Below, one piece after another: positions 46,206-54,933 of a stretch of DNA of 64,000 nucleotides; positions within the stretch are counted from its first letter, which is position 1, and every line of letters starts with the position of its first letter. Both the position numbers and the translations under genes were made by a program. The stretch lies in IMG/VR virus record IMGVR_UViG_3300045988_152178. The stretch is one strand, 5' to 3'. The notes under the pieces are model-generated. The model saw nothing but the letters and a program-made list of their open reading frames with translations, made no database searches and had not been told where the DNA came from. The DNA is from a virus.

Positions 46206-47369
46206 ATGATACTCTTCACGAATCAAGAACTCAGGCTCCACCTCCCCAGCAATGCCGTGGACGATGTAGCCAACCTGCAAGGTATGCTCGATAACAGCGA
46301 AAAGGACTTCTTGAAGCCTCGCCTGGGAGCATCCCTCTACGACCGTCTCTGCAAGCAGTATGCAAGCCTAGACCCTTTGGTCTTCTGCGAAGCTGTTGGT
46401 GATGGTACCTACGTCAACGATCCATGGAACGAACTTCTGCTTTATGCGCAGCGCATGATTGTGAATGATGCGATGGCGCAGAACATCGAGAAGCAAGCAC
46501 TTTCTATGAATGGCTCCGGCATCAACGTAGCTTCCAGCAACGACTATGCCGTAGCCACCGACAAGCAGATAGCGCAGGGCAAGGAAAGCTATCGCCAGTC
46601 GGCAATGACCTCGCTCAATAACCTGCTTTCCCTCTTAGAGGGATGGGCAAAGGAAGTGAATACTCCTATGCCTATCGAGGCAGCGGGCGATGGTGCAGAA
46701 GGCGGTACCCCTTCTGATGGCAGCAACCAGGGTTCCTCATCCGAAGGAACCGATGGAGGAACCGATAGCGGTAATGATGATGCAGCCGAAACCGAGAAGA
46801 AACGGCATGAGGCGATAGAGGAAATCCTAACCCTTTGGCAGGAGAGCAAGTACTATTACTACCATCGGGATCTGCTTTTCCCTACCTGCGAGTCTTTGCA
46901 GCCGTATCTCGATATTTACGGCAACAGAGACAAGTTTGTTCGTCTTATCCCCGATATGCTTTTCATTCAGAGTGAATATCTTGAAGAAGCCTTTGGCGAG
47001 GATTTCATTCCTCGTCTCCTGCAAGCCGATGAGAACGACAAGATGCTAAAGAAGGCACGTCAGCTTGTAGCCGCCTATCTCAAGGAACGTACATCAGTTA
47101 TCAGTTTTGATAAGTTAACCCGCTCCACAGCGCACAATGATGCCATAACCGTAAGGGAAAGCATTCACCGGTTGCTGAAGAAAGAGGAAGCCGAGAAACA
47201 AGCCAAACTCGATGCAGCCAAAGCGGAAAACGCATCAGAAGACAGCACCCCTTCCTCATCTACGAGTAACGCCTCCAGTGCTTCATCATCGAACGACAAT
47301 GGCGGCAGCGAAGGCTACCAGAACAACCAAAAAGGTTCTCGTATCTTCGTCACACCAATCTTGTGCTAA
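46206..47369 (+). CDS. hypothetical structural protein with acidic/Ser-rich low-complexity regions
   Basis: 387-aa ORF. Confidence 0.65.
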   Translation: MILFTNQELRLHLPSNAVDDVANLQGMLDNSEKDFLKPRLGASLYDRLCKQYASLDPLVFCEAVGDGTYVNDPWNELLLYAQRMIVNDAMAQNIEKQALSMNGSGINVASSNDYAVATDKQIAQGKESYRQSAMTSLNNLLSLLEGWAKEVNTPMPIEAAGDGAEGGTPSDGSNQGSSSEGTDGGTDSGNDDAAETEKKRHEAIEEILTLWQESKYYYYHRDLLFPTCESLQPYLDIYGNRDKFVRLIPDMLFIQSEYLEEAFGEDFIPRLLQADENDKMLKKARQLVAAYLKERTSVISFDKLTRSTAHNDAITVRESIHRLLKKEEAEKQAKLDAAKAENASEDSTPSSSTSNASSASSSNDNGGSEGYQNNQKGSRIFVTPILC

Positions 47370-47502
47370 AAAGGCTTATTTTCGGTTTTATGTCGTATCA
47401 AGCGTCTTCAAAACCGCTTAATTTGACGTTTGATCGGGAATCAAGCCTAAAACAGGCAAAAAATATTCTTAATTTTCAAATAAACAACAAAAACAAGGAT
47501 TT

Positions 47503-48618
47503 ATGGAAAATTTATCATTACAGGAAATCATCAGCATTTTGAAACCAGCTATCGGTGCAAGAATGCTTACCCAGGAGCAGAAAGATGCCTATGAGCAGGG
47601 ATTGTCTATCCTGGAAGGTGCAAGTAACGCACGCTCATTTATCGACAACTCACGAAAGTTTAGGGACTATCATCGCCGTACCCGACAAATGATAGCCTAT
47701 CTTAATAGCTACAGCAACTCTCAAGTCAACGCTGCATCATCATCTGCTACCGACAAGCGACGTGTGGGCCGCCCTACCAAAGAGGAGCAGGCAGCCTATG
47801 CCGAACTTCAGAAGCAGAAAGCTATGGAAGAGGCGAAGCAGTCCCTCTTCCCTAATCTGAAACCGGACACCACCGTACAGCCGCTTACCTATAATGGTAT
47901 CGTAGCCAATCCTAACGGCGAAAGTATCGCTGCCACCATGCCAAACCTGATGCAGTTGCGTCCGTACCTCTCTACCGCCCTTCAGGAGCAGGTGAACACC
48001 GTGCGTGACCTCCGTAGCGAAATGGCAAGCAAGGCAGAGCAGGCAAAGACGATGGCAGAAGCAAACGAGAAAGCTATCTCACAAGGCAAGACTGCTATCT
48101 ATACCGAGGATGAGATTGCCGAACTCGCCACAAGAGCCGTAAAGCTGGAAAGTGATATTCTTCCGGAGATCTTCAAGGCAGTAGATAGAGAGATGGGCGA
48201 GTGCTATCTGCGACTGAGCGAGAAGACCGGAGACCCTGAGTATATCGCCTATGTAAAGAAAACCTTTACCATCGACCCTCAGACCCTCCGTACCCAGTTT
48301 AAGCCTTTCTACGAGAAGGCGCAGTCTCGTGACCCTCGTTTTGCCGAGCAGGTAGCCGAGAAGATTGCCAACGACCGCCCTGAAGTAAAGGCAGCCCGCG
48401 ATGCAGCCGCTAAGCACAAGGCAGAAGCCGATGCTCGCATCAAGTATATCCTTCGTAAGGATAAGCTATCTACCCAGACGAGAGTGAAAGGTATCAAGGA
48501 GCGCATAGACCAACTTCGCCAGGATTACTCTGACATCGTGACCGAAGAGGAGCTTTCGGGCTATGAAGCTATTCTCACCAAAACTATAGAAGAAGCCAAA
48601 GAGGATGCTGAAGCATAA
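47503..48618 (+). CDS. hypothetical protein, coiled-coil rich
   Basis: 371-aa ORF. Confidence 0.65.
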   Translation: MENLSLQEIISILKPAIGARMLTQEQKDAYEQGLSILEGASNARSFIDNSRKFRDYHRRTRQMIAYLNSYSNSQVNAASSSATDKRRVGRPTKEEQAAYAELQKQKAMEEAKQSLFPNLKPDTTVQPLTYNGIVANPNGESIAATMPNLMQLRPYLSTALQEQVNTVRDLRSEMASKAEQAKTMAEANEKAISQGKTAIYTEDEIAELATRAVKLESDILPEIFKAVDREMGECYLRLSEKTGDPEYIAYVKKTFTIDPQTLRTQFKPFYEKAQSRDPRFAEQVAEKIANDRPEVKAARDAAAKHKAEADARIKYILRKDKLSTQTRVKGIKERIDQLRQDYSDIVTEEELSGYEAILTKTIEEAKEDAEA

Positions 48619-48623
48619 AAAAA

Positions 48624-49277
48624 ATGGCAAAGAATAAAGAAACCACAGAACAGCGCACGCAGCGTTTCAAGACCCTTTGCGTCAATATCCTCGCCCAGAG
48701 TGGCAACTGCCAGGAATCGCAGCATGCCTTCAAGAGCACGCAAAGCATTCCCGATATGTGCGAGGCATGGCGAAAGTATTGGCACGGCTTAATCACCGAG
48801 GTACCGCAGCAGGTAATCGATGCTTTCAGGGCAGTATATCCGGAGTTTAAGGCAGATATTAACCAGGGCGGCATTTTCTATAATGAAGACTCGCCTACTG
48901 GTACCGTCCTCGTAGGCGATACAGACGAGGAAATCCATCTCTATTCCTCCCGAAAGATATACGTCTTAGGCAAGGCACACGTCATCCTCCATAATGCCGC
49001 TACCGCCCTCGTAATGAATGAAGGCTGCAAGGTAGAGCTATTGGATGGCAGCAAGGCAACCATCAAGGCAGGTTACGGCATCGCCCGAAATTATGCCCAC
49101 CTGGTAACATGCAACGAGGCTGAAAGCTACGACCAGAGTGTAGTCTTCATCACAGATGGCACCCTTCACGACCATGGGCATCAGAAAATCAATGCCTTTG
49201 GTACGGCACTCATCGACACCTTCACCCGTCGCCTCATAGACTTATACGATAACGCAAAAATAGAAATCAGAATATGA
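48624..49277 (+). CDS. hypothetical protein
   Basis: 217-aa ORF with ATGA overlap with the next gene. Confidence 0.65.
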   Translation: MAKNKETTEQRTQRFKTLCVNILAQSGNCQESQHAFKSTQSIPDMCEAWRKYWHGLITEVPQQVIDAFRAVYPEFKADINQGGIFYNEDSPTGTVLVGDTDEEIHLYSSRKIYVLGKAHVILHNAATALVMNEGCKVELLDGSKATIKAGYGIARNYAHLVTCNEAESYDQSVVFITDGTLHDHGHQKINAFGTALIDTFTRRLIDLYDNAKIEIRI

Positions 49278-52180
49278 ACTCACATCTCTCTATATTAATC
49301 AATGATAAGCCGGTGGCACTCCCCGATGATTTCTCCATCGACATAGAGGATCAGAACCCCGTATTCAACGATACGGAAATGTTCTCCTATCCTTTCTCTA
49401 TTCCGCTGGACGGCAACCGATGGCTGGTAAAGAACATCGAAGATATTCATGCCGCCATGAAAGCCGTGAATATGGAGCACCTGCCTACTCGCATTCATGC
49501 CGACGGACTGCCTTTCCGTAGCGGTACATTGGTCATGCAGGACGATGAGGAAATAACCGACTCACTCAGCATGAACATCGATGCCAGCACCCAGAGCTTC
49601 AGCGAGCTTATCAGCGACCTGCAATGCCGTGATATTCCGGTAAAGGACCAGCTTATCATCGGCGAGAAAATTGGTAATGTGAGGGTGGATATTTGGAGTA
49701 ACCCGGTAGTAAAAGTCAACCTCCATTCCGATGGTAAGAAAGGTGGAAAGAATACCACCGCCACCGTTACGACCGACCCATTGAGAGCTAGTAAGGTGCT
49801 GGAACCCCAGGCACTCGGTTTCTCCTATCCCGCAAGCTGCAAGGAATATACCTCTACTGATACGGCACACTATATCGGCGATGCCTACAACAAGAGTAAG
49901 AAATCTTATTCTTCTGGTGCGATAACAATCAATGTACCGCAAGAGACTGCCAACGGCAACTATATTAATACCTCGGCAGCCTATGACGAGACGGATGGCG
50001 CTGGCAGACCTGCTACCTACTGCAATGCCCGAATCTGTTACAAGCATCATGCCCTGGATGATGAAGGGAATACATCGAGTGACCTCATCAAAATGGATAA
50101 GTGCTCATGGACGAATGAAGACCTCTATCCTTACTGGGTGTTGGATGCCAAACGTCCGCAATCGGGCATCTGCTTCTATGTACTCTATTTCCTCGACTGC
50201 CTCTTTGCCTATTTGGGTGTCACCTTCGATAAACGTGCCCTGCTGGAAATTGAGGATTTGAAACATCTCTGTTTCTTTACTACTGTCTGCGGTTATGATT
50301 CTCTCGAACACCCCCATCACGGCGATTATTACGAAGCAAAGGAAATTCAGGATGCCAAGGACATCATCAACAAGGATGGCTACGTAAAAGGCAGCAATCC
50401 CGAAATGGAAATCGTGGCTGCTAAATCCGTAGGCGAAATCAAGACGGGCTTCTTTAAGGATCAGAAGCATATCAATTCCTGGTTGGAGAGCCGTGGCTGC
50501 GGCGGTCAGATTGAAATCACCAAGGCAGAAGATAAGGACGTGCAGGAACTCGACCTTACGCTGACTGAAAACGGTGTGGCTACCACCCGCCATATCCAGG
50601 TGGGCGAGGTAGTTGCTTTTCCTCCTGGCAAGGGAATGAAAGTAACAGGTATCACCATCGAATCGAATATCAAGAAGTTTGAGGTGCAGGCAAACGTGCT
50701 CTATATGGTTGCCAACAGCGAGAATTTCCCTGACGAGAGCGTGAGCACTGTCATCTCTTCTCTAGAAAACGCATTCGGTATCAAGTTCTCCTACGATTAC
50801 GAGCAGAAGAAGGTAACGGCTTATCTCACTCGCGACGTGATGCGAAAGAGCGGCAGAAAGACAAGGGATTTCCACTGCGAAATCCATTCGATGATTCCGG
50901 TGACCGAGAAGATTACCGGTGTGCGTATGCGCTACTCTGCCGAAGCTGATGCCAAGGAACAGAAGAGTTATATGCGAAACGCCAAGGGCGAATATCTCGA
51001 TTCCAGTTACGATACCGATTATAACTATATCGACTACCCTCTACCTGATGGCGAATCCAGCAAGATGGGTAGAACCGTCACCGATATGAAGTACATTGAG
51101 TTCTTCCATAACATCCATAACCCTAGTGATAAGAACTGCTACATCGACCGTAACACCGGTAATGCCTATCGTGTAAAGGTCAACAAGGAGGCAAAGACTT
51201 CCAACGAGTTAAAGCCAGTACTCTTTGAGGTAGGTCAGTTCAAGGGTGTGGAATATGGAGATTGCAGTGAGGAGAACGAAGATTTTATTCACGATATTAG
51301 TATTGACTTTACGCCTGTACCTTTCAACGATGTGAATTACTTTAAGGAAGTAAAAGCTGCCTATGGTACCCATACCGCTGATGTGACTGACTTTGAAGGC
51401 AAGCCTTTGCTAAAAAGTGTAGTGCAGATTACAGAGGCTCAACAACCTATCCTCTGCGCTTATGTAGATGAGGATATGGAGCATGAGTTTGTATTGCAGG
51501 AGATTAACCAGGTTATCTCTTCTTCTTTCTGTGATTTCTACATGAAACAGAAGTTAAAGCTCGTGGAAAGCTACGACCCTTCGGGCACGGATGATGGCAA
51601 CTCACCCTTGCAGGATAAGTCACGATGGGGCTTTGCCGTGGCATTAATGCGTGGTGGCGGTAGTGATGCCACCCTGCAACCCTACGATTATAACTACGAC
51701 CATTTCGGCACATCCAAATGGCGAACCAATGCCGGACAGTATGCCTTGGCTTGCGATTCACTGGATATGATGGGCAATGTGTTTGATTATAATGGTGTGC
51801 AGGAAGGTGTAGGCACCGGCGAACGTTTCTCGCTGAAGATACGAGCCTTTAAGGAACCATCGTGGCTGAAAGATCCGAAGTATAAGGATTTGGTACTCTG
51901 CAATGCCGATGAAGTAGATAAAAACGGCAAGGTAGTGACTAAAATCCGCTCCCGTGGTCTATTCGATACCTTCATTCTCCCATACGCCTACTTCCTTCTG
52001 AATAGGAAGAAGTTTATGGTAAGATGCACCACCACCGTAGCGCAAGTGGCAGATATACCCAATCACTGGCAGGATTGGTGGAATATAGGCGGTATGAAAT
52101 GCCTCATTGACAAGGTGAATACCACCATCGATGCTAAGACGGGCATGGGCGAAGTAGAGTTAACGGTGTATGCCCTCTAA
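49274..52180 (+). CDS. large virion/tail-associated protein (968 aa), hypothetical
   Basis: Size and position upstream of the fibre genes. Confidence 0.65.
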   Translation: MNSHLSILINDKPVALPDDFSIDIEDQNPVFNDTEMFSYPFSIPLDGNRWLVKNIEDIHAAMKAVNMEHLPTRIHADGLPFRSGTLVMQDDEEITDSLSMNIDASTQSFSELISDLQCRDIPVKDQLIIGEKIGNVRVDIWSNPVVKVNLHSDGKKGGKNTTATVTTDPLRASKVLEPQALGFSYPASCKEYTSTDTAHYIGDAYNKSKKSYSSGAITINVPQETANGNYINTSAAYDETDGAGRPATYCNARICYKHHALDDEGNTSSDLIKMDKCSWTNEDLYPYWVLDAKRPQSGICFYVLYFLDCLFAYLGVTFDKRALLEIEDLKHLCFFTTVCGYDSLEHPHHGDYYEAKEIQDAKDIINKDGYVKGSNPEMEIVAAKSVGEIKTGFFKDQKHINSWLESRGCGGQIEITKAEDKDVQELDLTLTENGVATTRHIQVGEVVAFPPGKGMKVTGITIESNIKKFEVQANVLYMVANSENFPDESVSTVISSLENAFGIKFSYDYEQKKVTAYLTRDVMRKSGRKTRDFHCEIHSMIPVTEKITGVRMRYSAEADAKEQKSYMRNAKGEYLDSSYDTDYNYIDYPLPDGESSKMGRTVTDMKYIEFFHNIHNPSDKNCYIDRNTGNAYRVKVNKEAKTSNELKPVLFEVGQFKGVEYGDCSEENEDFIHDISIDFTPVPFNDVNYFKEVKAAYGTHTADVTDFEGKPLLKSVVQITEAQQPILCAYVDEDMEHEFVLQEINQVISSSFCDFYMKQKLKLVESYDPSGTDDGNSPLQDKSRWGFAVALMRGGGSDATLQPYDYNYDHFGTSKWRTNAGQYALACDSLDMMGNVFDYNGVQEGVGTGERFSLKIRAFKEPSWLKDPKYKDLVLCNADEVDKNGKVVTKIRSRGLFDTFILPYAYFLLNRKKFMVRCTTTVAQVADIPNHWQDWWNIGGMKCLIDKVNTTIDAKTGMGEVELTVYAL

Positions 52181-52186
52181 CTCCCT

Positions 52187-52220
52187 CTCGCCCCCGTTCC
52201 CAGCGATTCTATCGCTGGTC
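52187..52220 (+). repeat. hairpin repeat copy H
   Basis: CTCGCCCCCGTTCCCAGCGATTCTATCGCTGGTC, 7 nt after the 968-aa gene stop and upstream of the KS gene. Confidence 0.9.
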
Positions 52221-52252
52221 TCACAATAAGAAACATAAAAAACGAAATAAAA

Positions 52253-53461
52253 ATGAATAAAGAAATTTTGATTACCGGAACCGGTATTCATTCTGCCCTA
52301 GGCAGAAGTACCAGAGAAGTAGCCATGAACCTTTATAAGGGTAAATGCGGATTACATCACGACGAATGCCGTGATAAATACAATTCCGATTTATGCGGCA
52401 ATGTGCCTGTCTGGATAGAAGAATATAACGAAATTCTCACTCGTGCGCAGAGAGCATGCCTTCCCCTTCATGGCTTTTATGTACTCGATGCAGTATTTGA
52501 AGCCTTAAAGAAAGCCAAGGTAAGTAAGGATTTTCTCGAAAATCATAACGTGTCTATTATCGTAAGTAATGATTCTGAATGCTACGAAAGTCGGTCGGTG
52601 GTGCATCATATAGGTCAGGAAGTACATAACAGAACATTGTCTGTAGAAACATTGTTTCGCTCGCTCAATTCTACTATCAGCATGAACCTTGCATCTATCC
52701 TTCATATTCATGGCTTATCACTTACCGTGAGCGCAGCCTGTGCAGGAGGTGGCCACGCCATCGGACTTGCCAAGATGTTGCTCGATAGCAAGCAGACGGA
52801 AATGGTAATTGTGATTGGCGCGCAGGAATGCGGATCTCAATATTGCATGGAAGCTTTTGATGCCCTCGGTGTTTTCTCACCCGATAACGTACAGCCGTTC
52901 GGCAAAGGCAGAAATGGACTGGCACCATCGGGTGGCGCAGCCTGCATCATTCTCGAACCATCGGATAGTCTTCGTCTGAAAGAAGAGAAGGTGCATTCCT
53001 TCGCTTCTCTTTCCGGTTATGGCTTCTCTACCAATGGAAAAGCTGTCACTACCCCTGATAGCTATCAGGAAGAAGTATCTATGCTGAATGCTATCGAGAA
53101 CGCTGGTCTGGACGAAGGTATGATAGACGTAGTACTTGCTCATGCTACCGGTACCCCGATGGGCGATGAAGCCGAGGCAAAGGCAATAGAGAGAATTTTC
53201 CCTATCTGTCCGAACGTAGTGGCAACAAAGGGCATGACAGGTCACGAATGTTGGATGGCAGGTGTATCGCAAGCCGTACAAGCCGTAATCATGTTCACTT
53301 ATGGCCGTCTGTTCCATGCAGCCACCACCGAGGAGAACGCCTTCCCGAAACTTAACCTGGTGATGCGCCCTAAGTATTACGATCCTCATCATATCCTCTG
53401 TAATGCCTTCGGCTTTGGGGGTACAAACTCATCATTTGTCATTTCAAAAGTAAAAAAGTAA
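52253..53461 (+). CDS. beta-ketoacyl-ACP synthase (KAS I/II, FabF/FabB-like)
   Basis: Active-site Cys in TVSAACAGGGHAIG (Cys163), His in LAHATGTPMGD (His297), Lys/His in TKGMTGHECWMAG (His331), and PFGKGRNGLAPSGGAACIILE. Confidence 0.85.
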   Translation: MNKEILITGTGIHSALGRSTREVAMNLYKGKCGLHHDECRDKYNSDLCGNVPVWIEEYNEILTRAQRACLPLHGFYVLDAVFEALKKAKVSKDFLENHNVSIIVSNDSECYESRSVVHHIGQEVHNRTLSVETLFRSLNSTISMNLASILHIHGLSLTVSAACAGGGHAIGLAKMLLDSKQTEMVIVIGAQECGSQYCMEAFDALGVFSPDNVQPFGKGRNGLAPSGGAACIILEPSDSLRLKEEKVHSFASLSGYGFSTNGKAVTTPDSYQEEVSMLNAIENAGLDEGMIDVVLAHATGTPMGDEAEAKAIERIFPICPNVVATKGMTGHECWMAGVSQAVQAVIMFTYGRLFHAATTEENAFPKLNLVMRPKYYDPHHILCNAFGFGGTNSSFVISKVKK

Positions 53462-53478
53462 AAAGGTAAAAAAGGTAA
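53446..53478 (+). repeat. A-rich motif overlapping the KS stop
   Basis: AAAAGTAAAAAAGTAAAAAGGTAAAAAAGGTAA. Confidence 0.7.
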
Positions 53479-53479
53479 C

Positions 53480-53731
53480 ATGAAAAAAGAAAAAATAAGC
53501 TCTCGCATTATCACCATCGTGAACAGCCTGAAAACATCGTGGGTAAAACACGAAGTAACCCTTGCCTCTAATCTCCGTGACGAGGTAGGGCTGGAATCTA
53601 TTGATTTCCTCGATATGATCCAGCAGGTGGAAATGATGTTCCACATCAAGATTACCCCGGAAGAGGCGAAAGATTGCAAGCTCGTTTCCGATGTAGTGAA
53701 TCTCGTAATTTTAAAAGTGGTAAAAAGGTGA
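53480..53731 (+). CDS. acyl carrier protein
   Basis: 83 aa. Phosphopantetheine-site-like GLESIDFLDMIQQVE (Ser40), 18 nt after the KS stop. Confidence 0.75.
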   Translation: MKKEKISSRIITIVNSLKTSWVKHEVTLASNLRDEVGLESIDFLDMIQQVEMMFHIKITPEEAKDCKLVSDVVNLVILKVVKR

Positions 53732-53736
53732 AAAAC
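53713..53736 (+). repeat. A-rich motif overlapping the ACP stop
   Basis: AAAAGTGGTAAAAAGGTGAAAAAC. Confidence 0.6.
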
Positions 53737-53743
53737 AAGAAAT

Positions 53744-54805
53744 ATGGCACAGAAAATCAATCTCACATCGGGTTCCGTCTTTGCCGGAAACCCGATAACC
53801 TTTACCATCACCCCCTCCGTGGCTACGAATCCATCCTTCCATCGGGTCATCGTGGAAGTGCATTTCGATGATGGTACGGGCAGTTACGAAACCAATAAGC
53901 TCACCATCCCCGTTACTACCGAGGGAAGAGATGTATCGCTCGATATATCCTCTGCTCTCCGCATTACGCTGGATAGCTACAAGTATACCGCTACTCCATC
54001 CACCTACCCCGTGGTAAGCTGGTACATTAAAGCCTACGATGAGTATATGGATAATAACGGCGAGGTGCATACCAATACGGGCGAAGTCTATTATCCTGCC
54101 GATGGCTCGAAGAATAAAGGTGAAACCAACCTCCGCTGTATAGCCGGAGCCTTTAGCGATATAGAGCGCCTGAAGTCGGGCGTAACTAAGGCTGTCACCC
54201 TTCTCTCCTGCAAGCCGACAGCTACCTACGAAATAGCCGTTGTAGGCGAGAGCTTTGTTTACCCGGTATCATATAGCGCAGGTCAGAACCTAGCCACCAG
54301 CAGCTCATTGACCGCCCCTGCATCCGAGGAACAGGCAATCACGAAAGAAGGTGCGCAGAGCATTCATGGACACCTTGTCTATGCCCTACCCTCTTCTGAA
54401 GCTGAAGACCGAACCACCTTCCGCTTCATTAACCGCTTCGGTTGTCTGGAGAGCATCAGTGTTCCGAAATCCTATTCTCAGAAGTTGAACGTAACAACTA
54501 CAGAGTATACGGAAGCAGTACAGGAAACCTTCAATGAGTTCTCACGCTCGGCTATAGATAAGCAGAACGACAAAGAAGGCTGGCTTTACCAAAGCGACCC
54601 TTTAACCGAAAAATGGCTGCGATGGTATTATCACGAGTTCCTGATGAGCAAGCATGTATGGTTAAAGGTAAACGACATCTGGCTCCCTTGTACTATCGCC
54701 CTGAATGATGAGATCACTATCAAGGATAAAACCAACAAGGTTATGCACTCAGTTTCCTTTACCGCAAAGCTCGGTATCAATGGCAACCCTTTCACTTCCA
54801 TCTAA
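53744..54805 (+). CDS. hypothetical virion protein
   Basis: 353-aa ORF, followed by repeat copy I with a T-run. Confidence 0.65.
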   Translation: MAQKINLTSGSVFAGNPITFTITPSVATNPSFHRVIVEVHFDDGTGSYETNKLTIPVTTEGRDVSLDISSALRITLDSYKYTATPSTYPVVSWYIKAYDEYMDNNGEVHTNTGEVYYPADGSKNKGETNLRCIAGAFSDIERLKSGVTKAVTLLSCKPTATYEIAVVGESFVYPVSYSAGQNLATSSSLTAPASEEQAITKEGAQSIHGHLVYALPSSEAEDRTTFRFINRFGCLESISVPKSYSQKLNVTTTEYTEAVQETFNEFSRSAIDKQNDKEGWLYQSDPLTEKWLRWYYHEFLMSKHVWLKVNDIWLPCTIALNDEITIKDKTNKVMHSVSFTAKLGINGNPFTSI

Positions 54806-54830
54806 CCCCCCGCGAGCTGCGTATCTCCCT

Positions 54831-54872
54831 CTCGCCTCCGTACCCAGCGATTCTATCGCTGGGTTCTTTTTT
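54831..54872 (+). repeat. hairpin repeat copy I with extended stem and T-run (terminator-like)
   Basis: CTCGCCTCCGTACCCAGCGATTCTATCGCTGGGT with a 10-bp stem, then TCTTTTTT. Confidence 0.85.
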
Positions 54873-54906
54873 GTCCCCACTAAAAAAGCGAAAACCTTTA
54901 TCTTTG
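54870..54906 (+). promoter_or_regulatory. promoter, TTTGTCCCC-N-TAnnTTTG family (fibre genes)
   Basis: TTTGTCCCCACTAAAA, 25-nt gap, TATCTTTG. Confidence 0.5.
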
Positions 54907-54933
54907 CATTATAAATAAAAATCCAAACAAAAA

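Noticed and set aside
19383-54872. CRISPR array as the explanation for the repeated palindromic 32-mer
   Set aside because: The copies are 0.3-8 kb apart with genes between them, not regularly spaced by 25-50 bp spacers. No cas genes are present.
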